NCBI GenBank assembly: GCA_964597925.1
Contig: CAZQZT010000001.1
Location: forward strand, 119,929-183,928
Length of the DNA stretch: 64,000 nucleotides
DNA from: an uncultured Candidatus Saccharibacteria bacterium
GTDB lineage: Bacteria; Patescibacteriota; Saccharimonadia; Saccharimonadales; JBBQAJ01
Reading direction: 5' to 3'
Position 1 is the stretch's first letter, and each line of letters begins with the position of its first letter. Shown one piece after another: positions 41,951 through 52,944 of this stretch. The position numbers and the translations under genes are program-made. The notes below the pieces were generated by a model. The model worked only from the letters and a program-made list of their open reading frames with translations. It did no database searches and was not told the origin of the DNA.

Positions 41951-43423
41951 ATGGATGATGATATAAGAGATCGATTTAGGGGGGTGTCCAGAAGTGATCC
42001 GACCCCAACTAGTTATGGGCGCTCTCCAACACGTCCACAAGGCGCATCCGTACCACGACAACAGGCAGCTAAGCCCATAGACGGGTCTGCTTGGCCATCC
42101 TCTGCTTTAAACCCAACAAAGGCCGAAGACTCTGCACCTAGTCCTTCCGCACCACCAAAACTACCTCAAAAGCCCAAACCAGCCAAACGTAAAAAACGCA
42201 AAGAAAAGCGCTCCAAAAAGAAAAAGTTTCTAATTTTTCTAATCTGGCTTTTGATTATTGGCGCCATAGCTGGTGGGGCATACTATGCATTTACTAAAAA
42301 AAATCAAAGCGATCAAGATTTTCAAAAAGAATTAACTACTCCCCAGGATTCAGCTCAAGCTGAAGTCAAACCCACGGGCACTATTCGCTTTATAGCCGTT
42401 GGCGACAGCTTGGCTTATGAATCTATAAACAATGCCGCAAAACAGCCAGACGGCAGTTATAATTATCTGCCGATGATGTCAGGCTTCAAGCCTTTTTTTG
42501 AAAAAACCGACATAGGCTTGTGTAACCAAACAACTCCAGGTGGAGGAGACAAAAACGGCCTAGCTATTAGTGGGTACCCCACATTTAATGCGCCATTATC
42601 TTGGTCTAGCGGTTTTGCTGGGTTGGGCTGTAACGTAATCAACCTTGCAAGTGAACACATAAACGACAGAGGCCAAGTTGCGATTGACAACACTTTAGCT
42701 ACTTGGGATGCCAATAAAGTTCTAGCTATTGATGGCGCCAACCGCACTGCCGAAGAACAGGCAAAAATCCGCTATTTCACAGTCAAAGGCTTAAAGTTTG
42801 CTTACCTAGCCTACACTACCAAAAGCGCCAATGCTCCATCCAGTGCATTTAGTGTAAACATATATAGTGATGAAACGGCAAACAAACAAATTACCGAGGC
42901 GCGCAAAAACGCTCAGCAGGTAATTGTAAGCATGAACTGGGGTGCAGAAGATAATTTAGATGTAAATGCAGACCAAGAGCGTATAGCTCAGAATCTGGCC
43001 AACCAAAATGTTGATGTGGTAGTTGGTGGTGGTCCAAGAGTTGTACAGCCAGCAAAAATTTTGAACGGAAATGATGGACATCAAACTTTAGTGTGGTTTA
43101 GTCTTGGTAATTTCCTAGGCTCAGCACTACCGATAAATAATCTTATTGGAGGTATGGCAATTATGGATTTTGACGCCGCTACCCAGCAGATTAAAGATCC
43201 AAAACTTATGCCAGTTTATATGCACTACGAATGGACGGCAGCCCAAAGGGCATCCGGTAATTTAAGCGCTCGAAATGGCTTCATGCTTTGGCCTCTAGAT
43301 TTAGCAGGTGAACCGCTAGGGCGCTCACTAAACAACACAACTGTAGAAGCGCAAACTACTCGCATTACAAATACAATCACTAAATTTTTGCCAATAAAGG
43401 TCATCAAATCTACCGAGTTCTAA
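41951..43423 (+). CDS. CapA-family (PGA_cap metallophosphatase-like) membrane-anchored protein
   Basis: Basic disordered N-terminus (KPKPAKRKKRKEKRSKKKK), a TM helix, then IRFIAVGDSLAYE...NLASEHI... Confidence 0.8.
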   Translation: MDDDIRDRFRGVSRSDPTPTSYGRSPTRPQGASVPRQQAAKPIDGSAWPSSALNPTKAEDSAPSPSAPPKLPQKPKPAKRKKRKEKRSKKKKFLIFLIWLLIIGAIAGGAYYAFTKKNQSDQDFQKELTTPQDSAQAEVKPTGTIRFIAVGDSLAYESINNAAKQPDGSYNYLPMMSGFKPFFEKTDIGLCNQTTPGGGDKNGLAISGYPTFNAPLSWSSGFAGLGCNVINLASEHINDRGQVAIDNTLATWDANKVLAIDGANRTAEEQAKIRYFTVKGLKFAYLAYTTKSANAPSSAFSVNIYSDETANKQITEARKNAQQVIVSMNWGAEDNLDVNADQERIAQNLANQNVDVVVGGGPRVVQPAKILNGNDGHQTLVWFSLGNFLGSALPINNLIGGMAIMDFDAATQQIKDPKLMPVYMHYEWTAAQRASGNLSARNGFMLWPLDLAGEPLGRSLNNTTVEAQTTRITNTITKFLPIKVIKSTEF

Positions 43424-43519
43424 TAATTTGTTTTTAAGGAAATGAACAGCCACCAAAATGTATTTCATTTTGCCGGCGTGATGATAAAAACCGTAGAATT
43501 GTCTCATAAAGCGAAGCCG

Positions 43520-44287
43520 CTAATATGGTTGGGATTCTGGGACAATTCCAAAAAATTCCTCTAGTGTATTATTGTTTTGAGTGTTCATTTCTTGGCTAAG
43601 CTCTTTTCCTACAAAACGCATGTGCCACGGTTCGTAATTATAACCCGTAATGGACTCTTTACCTTCACTGTATCGTACGATAAATCCATATTTGTGAGCG
43701 TTTGTTGCCAGCCATTTTCCTTCTGGCAAATTACCAAAGCAGGCTTCTAGTTCACAAAGCCTAGACACAGCACCTAGATCGGCCGCTAGTCCTGTCTGAT
43801 GTTCACTAGTGCCAGGACGTGCGCTGATTTTGTCTGCCCCGGACTGACCATATTTTTGTACCCAGCCATTATAGACAGATACTTGAGTCGTGTATGATCT
43901 AAAGCCGCTAACAAGCATTAAATTAATATTTTCGAGCTTGGCAGCGGCAATCATTTTTTCTAGAGCTGTCGCAGGCTGTTGTCTAAGTCTCATTTCGCTA
44001 CCACCACTACCAGAGCGCAATAAAACGTTCGGTACCACTAAGTCAGACGGGGCGTAACTAGCTGGGCTTATAGGGCGGACTTTGCTGACAATCCACCATA
44101 TACTATCAGGTTGATCTATTGGGTTAGCTTGTTTATCAAATGAAGTCGTGTTTTCTGTGGTGTCGGCAGTTTCGGGCTTAGATTCGGGTTGCTTGCTATC
44201 AGAGGGAGCGCTAGCACTCTTGGCAAACAATATTAAAAAAGCACTGAAGCCTACGATTACCAAAACGCCAAATATTGCCTTTTTCAT
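43520..44287 (-). CDS. D-alanyl-D-alanine carboxypeptidase, VanY/M15B family
   Basis: SGFRSY...RPGTSEHQTGLAADL...EPWHMRFVG. Start at Met26 (44287), supported by TATAAT 6 nt upstream. Confidence 0.9.
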   Translation of the reverse strand: MKKAIFGVLVIVGFSAFLILFAKSASAPSDSKQPESKPETADTTENTTSFDKQANPIDQPDSIWWIVSKVRPISPASYAPSDLVVPNVLLRSGSGGSEMRLRQQPATALEKMIAAAKLENINLMLVSGFRSYTTQVSVYNGWVQKYGQSGADKISARPGTSEHQTGLAADLGAVSRLCELEACFGNLPEGKWLATNAHKYGFIVRYSEGKESITGYNYEPWHMRFVGKELSQEMNTQNNNTLEEFFGIVPESQPY

Positions 44288-44349
44288 ATTTACATTATAC
44301 TCACACCATCGATAACCGCAGAATGTATACAGTGTAGGGTATAATCTCC

Positions 44350-44910
44350 ATGGTAATGACAATAGATAAAACTGCTATACCAATCAAACTCCTATGGGTT
44401 GATTTAGAGATGACTGGTCTAGACGTGGCAAAAGACGTTATTTTAGAAATTGCCGCAGAAGTAACTGATTTTACATTCAAAACATTGGAGAGCTACGAAG
44501 CCATAATCAAACAAGATCACGATATTGTGGTTGAACGTATGCAAAAAAACATCTGGTGGCGAGATTATCCGGCAAACAGAGACGACTTTATTCAAAAGCT
44601 ACCCAATGGCAAAGACTTGGTAACCGTTGAACAAGAAATGATTGCGCTGGTAGAAAAACATTTTGACGGCGAACCCGCGGTATTAGCCGGTAATTCTATA
44701 CATAACGATAGGGCTTTTATAAAGCAGTGGATGCCAGCACTAGACTTAAAACTTCACTATAGAATGTTAGACGTCACCAGCTGGAAAGTGGTAATGCAAG
44801 CCAAGCATGGTGTAAATTATGAGAAAAAAGAAGTTCACCGTGCATTTGATGATATCCAGGCTTCGATAGCTGAGCTGCAAAGTTATTTGGACTTTTTCAA
44901 TAATGCCTAA
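44350..44910 (+). CDS. orn: Oligoribonuclease
   Basis: LLWVDLEMTGLD...AGNSIHNDRAFI...HRAFDDI (DEDDh). Confidence 0.92.
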   Translation: MVMTIDKTAIPIKLLWVDLEMTGLDVAKDVILEIAAEVTDFTFKTLESYEAIIKQDHDIVVERMQKNIWWRDYPANRDDFIQKLPNGKDLVTVEQEMIALVEKHFDGEPAVLAGNSIHNDRAFIKQWMPALDLKLHYRMLDVTSWKVVMQAKHGVNYEKKEVHRAFDDIQASIAELQSYLDFFNNA

Positions 44911-44945
44911 TAGCTCTAAAGCCGAGCTTCTATTCCAAACCGAAA

Positions 44946-45299
44946 CTAGCTAGAAAAAATAGTTTGCCAATCGAATTTCTTGGCGGGTGGCTCACCATAC
45001 TTATTTTTCAGCTTTTGACCGGGCAGGACTAAGAGAACTAGCTGACCACCCGGGAGCAGCGCTAAAATGACGAACCAACCAGAAAGACCGACATCGTGCA
45101 GGCGTCGAATCAAAAGACAAATAGTAAAATAAACAGCCGAAAAAAATAACACCAAAGCCATGATTGCAATTAACGGCTTTGTTTCCAGTTGTTCAAGTTT
45201 TGCGTCATCGGCTAAGTAAAGCGGCATGATCAATCCGGATATCAATAAGTCACCAAGCAGAAATGTAGTGCGGTTTATGCGTTTTCGGACGTTAAACAT
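44946..45299 (-). CDS. DUF805-family membrane protein
   Basis: RRLHDVGLSGWFVILALLPG. TAATAT lies 6 nt upstream of the ATG. Confidence 0.8.
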   Translation of the reverse strand: MFNVRKRINRTTFLLGDLLISGLIMPLYLADDAKLEQLETKPLIAIMALVLFFSAVYFTICLLIRRLHDVGLSGWFVILALLPGGQLVLLVLPGQKLKNKYGEPPAKKFDWQTIFSS

Positions 45300-45357
45300 G
45301 TACTAATATTAATCTATATTCTAGTAACTGAGTCCTAATTTATGTATCCTTGCTTGT

Positions 45358-45705
45358 ATGAATCATAAGACAGTCGAGGAATATGTATTGAGTATGCCGT
45401 ATGCAAAGCTGGACTATCCGTTCGGTGAAGACGTTGCTGTATATAAGGTAAAAGACAAGATGTTTGCATTAATTTCTGAAAAAACAGACCCCCTCCGTAT
45501 TAGCTTAAAGTGTGATCCGCAATTATCGCTAATATTGCGTGAAAAATTTGAAACTGTACTGGAAGGCTATCATTTAAACAAAAAACACTGGAACACCGTA
45601 ATTTTGAGCGGACAGCTACCCTGGGAAGAGATCCAGGGCTTGATCGTACATTCCTATAACCTAGTTAGCGGTGAAGGTGACCAACAGGCTCCCTTAGTTG
45701 AGTGA
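45358..45705 (+). CDS. MmcQ/YjbR-family protein
   Basis: PYAKLDYPFGEDVAVYKVKDKMFALI...HLNKKHWNTV. Confidence 0.75.
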   Translation: MNHKTVEEYVLSMPYAKLDYPFGEDVAVYKVKDKMFALISEKTDPLRISLKCDPQLSLILREKFETVLEGYHLNKKHWNTVILSGQLPWEEIQGLIVHSYNLVSGEGDQQAPLVE

Positions 45706-46395
45706 TCATTGCTTAGTTTCTTTGCCCAGGAGTAAGTCTACTGAATTGTAGGCCTTAGATAAGGCATCTTTAGTAGTGTTGTTACTGCTAGAATCATATA
45801 ATTTTTTGAGTGTTAACTGGTATTTTTTTAGACCAGCCAGGAGGGTCTTTAGAAACATTTCGTCAAATTGGTTGGATTGGTCTGCGGTTTCTAGAATAGT
45901 GTCTGTTTTTGCATCTTTACCGAGAGCCAACACTTTTACATCTGTACTTGCGCCCGCTTTTTTGGCAATAGTTAAAAGGTCAGACTGCTGTGAAGTTAAG
46001 GTGTACTGGGTGGTTACTGCTAAGTTTTTTGCTTCCGACTGGCGGGCCTTTGTTCTTCCAATACCGCTAACACGAATTAGTTCCGTTTGTTGCTGAGCAA
46101 GGCTTTGATAATCTGTTTTTAGTGCAGAGCCACCACTGTTTATTAGACCAACTACTATAACGATCAACATAATTAAAATAATCGCTCCACCACCAACAAT
46201 AATCAGCCGCCTAGTTTTGGAGTTACCACTGGGGAAAAGTGATTTCTTAACAGGTGTACCTGACTTGGTAATAAAATCGTATGGATTTTGTTGGCCGCCA
46301 ATTGGCTGCATTGGTGGTGGTGCAGGTGGCGCTTGTGACTGGTCTGAGTCTTTGTGTATCAAAAGATCTGACATTTTATCGCTCGGCATAAGCAT
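45706..46395 (-). CDS. Hypothetical single-TM protein (P-rich N-terminus)
   Basis: 229-aa ORF with TM LIIVGGGAIILIMLIVIVVGLI. Confidence 0.65.
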   Translation of the reverse strand: MLMPSDKMSDLLIHKDSDQSQAPPAPPPMQPIGGQQNPYDFITKSGTPVKKSLFPSGNSKTRRLIIVGGGAIILIMLIVIVVGLINSGGSALKTDYQSLAQQQTELIRVSGIGRTKARQSEAKNLAVTTQYTLTSQQSDLLTIAKKAGASTDVKVLALGKDAKTDTILETADQSNQFDEMFLKTLLAGLKKYQLTLKKLYDSSSNNTTKDALSKAYNSVDLLLGKETKQ

Positions 46396-46482
46396 AATAA
46401 TATAGGTTTTAGCTTTCAGGTTCTAGAGCAAAGTATATAAGCATTACTATAACCTCTTACGCATAACCTATATACTAGAGTA

Positions 46483-48237
46483 ATGGATGCGGTTGAAGAG
46501 GTTAAATCTAGGCTCAGTATTGAAGACGTTATTGGCGAATACGTGGCACTTAAGCGCGCAGGACGGAACTTTAAGGGATTGAGCCCATTTGGAGATGAAA
46601 AGACACCCAGTTTTGTAGTTAGTCCAGAAAAGCAGATTTGGCATGATTTTAGCAGTGGCAAGGGTGGCAATGTGTTTAGTTTTGTCATGGAAATGGAGGG
46701 GTTAGACTTTCGTGGTGCACTTGAGTTGTTGGCTCGAAAAGCTGGTGTTGATTTGGAACAGTTTGGCAGTCGTGGCAGTGGGAATACCAAGCTAAAAGAA
46801 CGTCTATATGAAGCGCTAGAATTAGCTACTAAATTTTATCAAGTGCAGTTTAGCAAACACAAAACGGGGTTGGACTATGTACTCCAACAACGGAAATTTA
46901 CAAAAACGATAGCCTTACAGTTTAGACTGGGATACGCACCAAATAATGGAACAGCCTTGGTAGACTTTTTAAAAAAGCAGAAGTTTACAGACGTGGAAAT
47001 CCAAAAATCTGGCTTGTCAGTAAAACGTTATAACGGTGTGGGTGACATGTTTCGGGGTCGGCTTATGATACCTCTGCAAGACGTACAAGGAAAAGTCATT
47101 GGCTTTACCGCAAGGCTGATGGATGATCAGCCAGACGCCCCCAAATATATAAATACGCCTCAGACTTTACTCTATGACAAATCCCGTCATGTATATGGTC
47201 TGCATCTTGCCAAAGATGCAATTCGAAAACAGGGTTTTGCGGTTTTAGTAGAAGGCAATCTGGATGTGATTGCTAGTCATCAGGCTGGTGTTATAAACAC
47301 GGTGGCAACCGCCGGTACAGCTCTTACAGAACCACATCTAAAAACTATAGGTCGATTTGCGGGTGATGTTAGGTTGGCCTTTGATGCAGATAAAGCTGGG
47401 TTAGCTGCAACAGAGCGAGCGATACCAATTGCTAGTAAGGTCAACGTGTCACTAAGTATAATTACCCTCCAAGAAGGCAAAGACCCCGACGATCTAATCC
47501 AAAAAGATCCTAAGCTTTGGGAAGAAGCTATTACTAAGCATCAATATGCTTTGGATTGGTTGATACAAAGATATCAAAAACAACTGGACCTAAATACTGG
47601 ACAAGGTAAAAAACGCTTCAGCGACGTACTTTTGCCAACCGTTAAGGGCTTGCAAGATGCAGTTGAACAAGATCATTATTTACAGCAAATAGCTAAGATT
47701 ACTGGGGTACGAGTAGAGGCTTTAGACACAAAATTTGCAATAGATAACAACCCCAGGCGACTAAAAAAGAAGTCGGACACAAGAAGTGTTCAAACTGACC
47801 AAATGCAACTGGAATGGGCCAAAACCCAGGACCATTTGTTGTCTCTGGCATTAGTGCGTCACAATTTACGCGATCAACTTGAAATGTTAGATCCAGAAAT
47901 GTTGCCACAAGAAACGGCTAGACAACTTTTATCTTATCTTCAGGCTCATCCAGACTTTGACGGAAAGCTGGCAAATGCACCCCTGTTGCACGACATAGCA
48001 GACTATGTTAAAATAGTCGCACTACAATACGAGGCGTTATTTGTTGATCTTGATGAGCGCGAGGCCCGTTATACGGCTAATCGACTCAGGATCCGCCTCA
48101 TAGATATGTTTGTGAAAACTAAAAAAGTCCAAATAGCTCAAGCCCTGCAAGACGCCGATGAAACAACCGCACAGAAACTGCTTGCACACGCTAAGGCACT
48201 AGATAATTTACTAAACACAAGTCAGGAGACTTTTTGA
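46483..48237 (+). CDS. dnaG: DNA primase DnaG (zinc-ribbon ligands substituted)
   Basis: [31 protein letters not shown], then the TOPRIM region [14 protein letters not shown]...[14 protein letters not shown] lies 6 nt upstream of the ATG. Confidence 0.93.
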   Translation: MDAVEEVKSRLSIEDVIGEYVALKRAGRNFKGLSPFGDEKTPSFVVSPEKQIWHDFSSGKGGNVFSFVMEMEGLDFRGALELLARKAGVDLEQFGSRGSGNTKLKERLYEALELATKFYQVQFSKHKTGLDYVLQQRKFTKTIALQFRLGYAPNNGTALVDFLKKQKFTDVEIQKSGLSVKRYNGVGDMFRGRLMIPLQDVQGKVIGFTARLMDDQPDAPKYINTPQTLLYDKSRHVYGLHLAKDAIRKQGFAVLVEGNLDVIASHQAGVINTVATAGTALTEPHLKTIGRFAGDVRLAFDADKAGLAATERAIPIASKVNVSLSIITLQEGKDPDDLIQKDPKLWEEAITKHQYALDWLIQRYQKQLDLNTGQGKKRFSDVLLPTVKGLQDAVEQDHYLQQIAKITGVRVEALDTKFAIDNNPRRLKKKSDTRSVQTDQMQLEWAKTQDHLLSLALVRHNLRDQLEMLDPEMLPQETARQLLSYLQAHPDFDGKLANAPLLHDIADYVKIVALQYEALFVDLDEREARYTANRLRIRLIDMFVKTKKVQIAQALQDADETTAQKLLAHAKALDNLLNTSQETF

Positions 48238-49358
48238 TGGCAGACGTAGCACCCGTAGTAGATGACACTATTGATCCAGCATTGGTTATTGCCAAAAATG
48301 AACTAGTAGAAAAAGCCAAAAAAGATGGCAAAATTGACCAACGAGATATTTTTAAGGCAATTTCAGACACCCCAGAACACGTAGATATCCTGGACCAACT
48401 ATATACAGAGTTAGCAGATGCAAGTATTGTTATTACAGGCGTAGAACCTGCAACTGGAACTGGCGATGCTTGGACTGCGGACGACGACGAAGAAATTGTT
48501 ATAGATGAAAAGATTTACATGGATGACATCGCCGATGACTCAGTGCGTTTGTATCTGCGTGAAATCGGTAAAATTCCACTTTTGACAGCTCCAGAGGAAC
48601 TAAAACTGGCAAATGAGGTTGTGGCTGGAGATAAAGGTGCCAAAGACAAGATGGCAGAAGCCAACATGCGTTTGGTAGTGAGTATTGCAAAGCGCTACGT
48701 AGGGCGTGGTTTGGATTTGTTGGATCTTATCCAAGAAGGTAACACCGGACTCTTGCGTGCTGTAGAAAAATTTGATCCAGACAAAGGCTTCAAATTTAGC
48801 ACATATGCAACATGGTGGATTCGCCAGGCCATAACTCGTGCTATTGCCGACCAGGCCCGAACTATTCGTATACCCGTGCACATGGTGGAAACCATAAACA
48901 AACTGCTTCGTACCCAGCGGCGACTCACTCAAGAACTAAACCGCGAGCCTAGTAACGAAGAAATTGCCAAAGAGATGGAAATCGACGTCGAAAAAGTCGA
49001 ACACATCATGAAAATTAAGCAAGATATCAGCTCGCTGGATGCTTCTGTGCGCGATGACGAAGAAGACAGTGTGCTGGCCGACTTTATTGAAGACGAAGAC
49101 ACCATATCTCCAGAGGAATCCGCAACGAACCAACTACTGAAAGAGCACGTCAAAGACATGCTAGGTGCCCTGACAGAACGTGAGCAAAAGATTTTGAAAC
49201 TACGCTTTGGCCTAGAAGATGGCAAAAGCCATACGCTAGAAGAAGTAGGCCAAGAATTTAGCGTTACCCGCGAGCGTATCCGCCAAATAGAAGCCAAAGC
49301 ACTGGCAAAACTTCGTAAGCACAAAGACGCCAAGAAACTCCACGACTATATCAAATAG
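48234..49358 (+). CDS. rpoD: Primary sigma-70 factor RpoD
   Basis: [66 protein letters not shown], and region 4 [28 protein letters not shown] overlap with dnaG. Confidence 0.95.
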   Translation: MMADVAPVVDDTIDPALVIAKNELVEKAKKDGKIDQRDIFKAISDTPEHVDILDQLYTELADASIVITGVEPATGTGDAWTADDDEEIVIDEKIYMDDIADDSVRLYLREIGKIPLLTAPEELKLANEVVAGDKGAKDKMAEANMRLVVSIAKRYVGRGLDLLDLIQEGNTGLLRAVEKFDPDKGFKFSTYATWWIRQAITRAIADQARTIRIPVHMVETINKLLRTQRRLTQELNREPSNEEIAKEMEIDVEKVEHIMKIKQDISSLDASVRDDEEDSVLADFIEDEDTISPEESATNQLLKEHVKDMLGALTEREQKILKLRFGLEDGKSHTLEEVGQEFSVTRERIRQIEAKALAKLRKHKDAKKLHDYIK

Positions 49359-49478
49359 TCGCTCACCATTTTCCCTTAGGTCCCCGGTCGATGCAGACGA
49401 GCAATCAATATTATGCATTGCCCTTGGCAGAAGTGACTTGAGTGACAATAGTTCACTTATTGGTACAATGGAGCATAT

Positions 49479-50039
49479 ATGAAAATTATTGGATTAGCTG
49501 GCACGCATGCTAGTGGGAAAGATACACTAGCACTTTATTTAGTAGAAAAACATGAATTTTTCCATGTCTCTACCGGAGATATTGTCCGTGACGAAGCCAT
49601 GAATCGCTATGGTTCTATAGAACGACCGGTACTCTATAAAACCGCTAATGAAATTCGTGAAGCGCACGGCCATGATGCCACTAGCAGAATGGCACTTGAA
49701 CGTTTTGAGGCTGTAAAAGACCGGTATAAAGGCTTAGTAGTAAGTGGTTTTAGAGCCGTAGCAGAGGCACAAATTATTAAAGACAATGGTGGACTGGTTT
49801 TATTTATAGACGCCCCAGAGCAAGTGCGTTACGAGCGATTACGCGACCGTGCTCGGGTAGAAGAGGGAAGTCTTAGCTTTGAAGAGTTCAAAAAACGAGA
49901 AGACGCAGAAAATGGTGGTGTCGACCCGGCCTTTGACATTAGCGCTATAAAATCTATAGCCGACTTTGTGATAGAAAATGATAATGGTAGAGAAAAGTTT
50001 CTAGAAGCAGCCGACCAGGCCCTAGGTTTGAGCCAATAG
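49479..50039 (+). CDS. P-loop NMP-kinase-fold protein (dephospho-CoA kinase/dNMP kinase-like)
   Basis: MKIIGLAGTHASGKDT Walker A. A GGAG SD lies 5 nt upstream. Confidence 0.7.
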   Translation: MKIIGLAGTHASGKDTLALYLVEKHEFFHVSTGDIVRDEAMNRYGSIERPVLYKTANEIREAHGHDATSRMALERFEAVKDRYKGLVVSGFRAVAEAQIIKDNGGLVLFIDAPEQVRYERLRDRARVEEGSLSFEEFKKREDAENGGVDPAFDISAIKSIADFVIENDNGREKFLEAADQALGLSQ

Positions 50040-52826
50040 TTTTAGAATGTGTTCACGGGTGTGGTGGGTATTAGCGTGGCGCTGTATTTCTCGGATAAGT
50101 ATAAATATGCTGGCAGCACCGACAGCAAACATCCAGTCGACTGTTGATAGTGGACCTGCACCAAAATAAGTGTTAATTAGTGGGTTGTAGATTATATTGA
50201 GTACGCAGAACATGGAAAAGGTCAGTGCTATTGCTAGCGCTCGGTTATGCAACTGGTAGCGTGTAAATAAACCGCCACGTGATCTACGCTGCAGTATGTT
50301 TAGTAATTGGCATAATACGATTGTTAGATACGTTAGCGCAGTGGCTTTAGCATAAAGGGAAGGATAGGCTGTGTCGGCGCCACTTGCCGGGACTCCATTT
50401 CTAGAAAAGAATAAAATGAAATTGGTAAATGCAAAGCCTCCAATAAGTAACCCACACCATAGCAAATCCAGAATACTATTTGGGTTAAGAATATGATCGG
50501 ATGTTTTTCTTGGTCGGTCTTTCATTAGCTCGCCATCGGCCTGATCCCAGCCAAGCGCAGCAATTGGAAAGAGCTCTGCAATCATGTCGATTGCCAGTAT
50601 CTGCATAACTGTCATAGCAAGTGGAACGTCTAGCAAAGCAAAAGCGCCGAGGCTTACAAGATTAACCACTAACTCGGCTGAATTACTAGTAAAACAGCTC
50701 AGCGTGGATTTTTTGATATTTTGAAACATCACCCGGCCTTGCTGGATAGCGCTCACCAGCGTGGAGAAGCTGTCATCCAGCAGTACTATGCCAGCAGATT
50801 GCTTGGCTACGTCAGTGCCGGTCATGCCCATAGCAACGCCTATGTCAGCACGTTTTAGGGCGGGGGCATCATTTATGCCGTCGCCGGTTACGGCAACTAC
50901 ATGATGATTCTTTTTGACGAGTCCAACTATACGTAATTTATCTTCTGGGCTAACACGGCTAAAAATTACCCCACCGCGTGTAGCGAGATGCAGAACTCGC
51001 GCATCATCTAGGTGCCTAAGTTCTTCGCCACTTACAACAATCAGGTCTTGGCCCTTTTTGGCAAGTCCTGCTTTGCGAGCAATTGCTTGAGCGGTCAGTG
51101 CAAAGTCGCCAGTAATTATAGATATCTGTATATGTGCTCCATGAGCAGCAGCCATTGCTGAAGCAACTTCTTCTCGCAAGGGGTCAACCATACCAACCAT
51201 ACCCAACCAAGTGAGGTCTTTTTCAGCATCTTCCATAGTTATTTTTTTTATGTCCGTACCCTTGGGGAGTATTTTGAATCCATAGCCTAGGTTGCGCGAA
51301 GCCTGTTTTGCCCAAGTATGACTTTGGCTATCTATCAAGTCGCGGTCCTTTTGGCTCATCTTACGGATATGACCGCCATCCCAAATATCATGACTGCGGT
51401 GCAATATACTTTCAGGCGCACCTTTTACAAATACATATAATTGGTCGTGTGGTCCGTATTTACGAACAGAGCTCATCCGCTTTCTGGCCGAGTCAAAAGT
51501 GAACTCTTTTAATTCAGGATGCTTTTGGTCTATTTTCTCATTATCAAAACCGGCTTTATTGGCCAATGTTAGCAATGCTCCTTCTGTAGGGTCGCCTACT
51601 ACGTACCAAGTGGCATGCTCCTCGTCAGGCATGCTGATATGTGCATTACTAGCAAACACGCCGCAAGCAAAAAATAGCGAATATTCTTCAAAATCCGTCT
51701 TATCAATAACTTTTCCATGTACTGAAGTAATCTGCCCTATAGGTTCGTATCCATTACCGCTTACGTTGAATACTTTGTGGCCAATCAATAACCGTTCCAC
51801 TGTCATCTGATTTTTGGTTAATGTGCCAGTTTTATCAGTACATATAACTGTGGTAGCACCTAGGGTTTCCACGGCAGAAAGTTTTTTGACCAATGCCTTA
51901 GCTTTGGCCAATTTGCTCGCTGCCTGGGCAAGTCCAGTGTTGATTTCTGCAGGCAATCCCTGCGGTATTAAGGAACTAGCAATGGCAATAGCATACAAAA
52001 AGGCTGTTTTGATACCTAGTCCCAGATAAATTGTAAACGGCAAAATAAACATACAAAGTATCACGGTGCCTTGTGTTACTCGGCCAGCAATAAAGTTTAG
52101 TTCACGCTGCAAAGGACTCAAATCGGCAGGCGTATCGGCACTTAGGGAAGCTATACGACCTAATTCAGTCTGCATGCCAGTGCCAATAACTAGTCCATAA
52201 CCATGTCCTATTGCTACGGTAGTGCCCATAAATACCAGGTTATGCCTGTTGGCTAACTCTACATCACCGCTTATGGCGTGAGTAAATTTTCTGGATGGAC
52301 TACTTTCTCCAGTTAGCGCAAAGTCGTTTGTATTTAGTTCTGACTCAGTAAGCATGCGCAGATCTGCCGGTACAGAATCGCCCTCTTCTATATAGACAAC
52401 ATCACCAGGTACGAGTTCTGCTGCTCCCACCGAACCTACGGTGCCGTTTCGTAAAACTTTCGCTTCATTTACTACAAGTTTTTCCAAACTTTCCATTAGC
52501 TTTTCGGCTTTAAATTCTTGAGTAAAACCAATAATGGTGTTGAACAAAACAAGGGCCAAAAGAACTATTGCAGTATTTGGGTCACCTAAAATAAGACTGA
52601 TTACCGAACTCGCTAGAAGCAATAAAATCATTAAATCTTTATACTGGCGCAAGTACTTCCGAAAGCCGGACTCTTTGTTTAGTTGTTCCAGTTTGTTGTA
52701 GCCGTATTGAGAAAGCCGATTGCTTGCTTCTTTGGTAGTGAGACCATGCTTGAGATCGGATCCAAGCTGAGCTAAAGCGCCTTTGCCGTCCTGCCGGTAG
52801 TAAGCCAATTGTTCGTCGCCACCCAT
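50022..52826 (-). CDS. P-type cation-transporting ATPase (P2-like, Ca2+/Mg2+ type)
   Basis: TGES, ICTDKTGTLT and VAVTGDGINDAPALKRADIGVAMG motifs, with about 10 TM helices. The 3' end overlaps the convergent gene by 18 nt. Confidence 0.95.
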   Translation of the reverse strand: MGGDEQLAYYRQDGKGALAQLGSDLKHGLTTKEASNRLSQYGYNKLEQLNKESGFRKYLRQYKDLMILLLLASSVISLILGDPNTAIVLLALVLFNTIIGFTQEFKAEKLMESLEKLVVNEAKVLRNGTVGSVGAAELVPGDVVYIEEGDSVPADLRMLTESELNTNDFALTGESSPSRKFTHAISGDVELANRHNLVFMGTTVAIGHGYGLVIGTGMQTELGRIASLSADTPADLSPLQRELNFIAGRVTQGTVILCMFILPFTIYLGLGIKTAFLYAIAIASSLIPQGLPAEINTGLAQAASKLAKAKALVKKLSAVETLGATTVICTDKTGTLTKNQMTVERLLIGHKVFNVSGNGYEPIGQITSVHGKVIDKTDFEEYSLFFACGVFASNAHISMPDEEHATWYVVGDPTEGALLTLANKAGFDNEKIDQKHPELKEFTFDSARKRMSSVRKYGPHDQLYVFVKGAPESILHRSHDIWDGGHIRKMSQKDRDLIDSQSHTWAKQASRNLGYGFKILPKGTDIKKITMEDAEKDLTWLGMVGMVDPLREEVASAMAAAHGAHIQISIITGDFALTAQAIARKAGLAKKGQDLIVVSGEELRHLDDARVLHLATRGGVIFSRVSPEDKLRIVGLVKKNHHVVAVTGDGINDAPALKRADIGVAMGMTGTDVAKQSAGIVLLDDSFSTLVSAIQQGRVMFQNIKKSTLSCFTSNSAELVVNLVSLGAFALLDVPLAMTVMQILAIDMIAELFPIAALGWDQADGELMKDRPRKTSDHILNPNSILDLLWCGLLIGGFAFTNFILFFSRNGVPASGADTAYPSLYAKATALTYLTIVLCQLLNILQRRSRGGLFTRYQLHNRALAIALTFSMFCVLNIIYNPLINTYFGAGPLSTVDWMFAVGAASIFILIREIQRHANTHHTREHILKLLAQT

Positions 52827-52944
52827 ATTTATCTAATAGTATACGCTAGACATGCATGCTTTGAGATTAGTTTAAAGTGCCCATACTTAAGGTGATGACA
52901 AGTATGCAGGATAATGCTATAGTACTGTGTCCATTAGGACGCTT

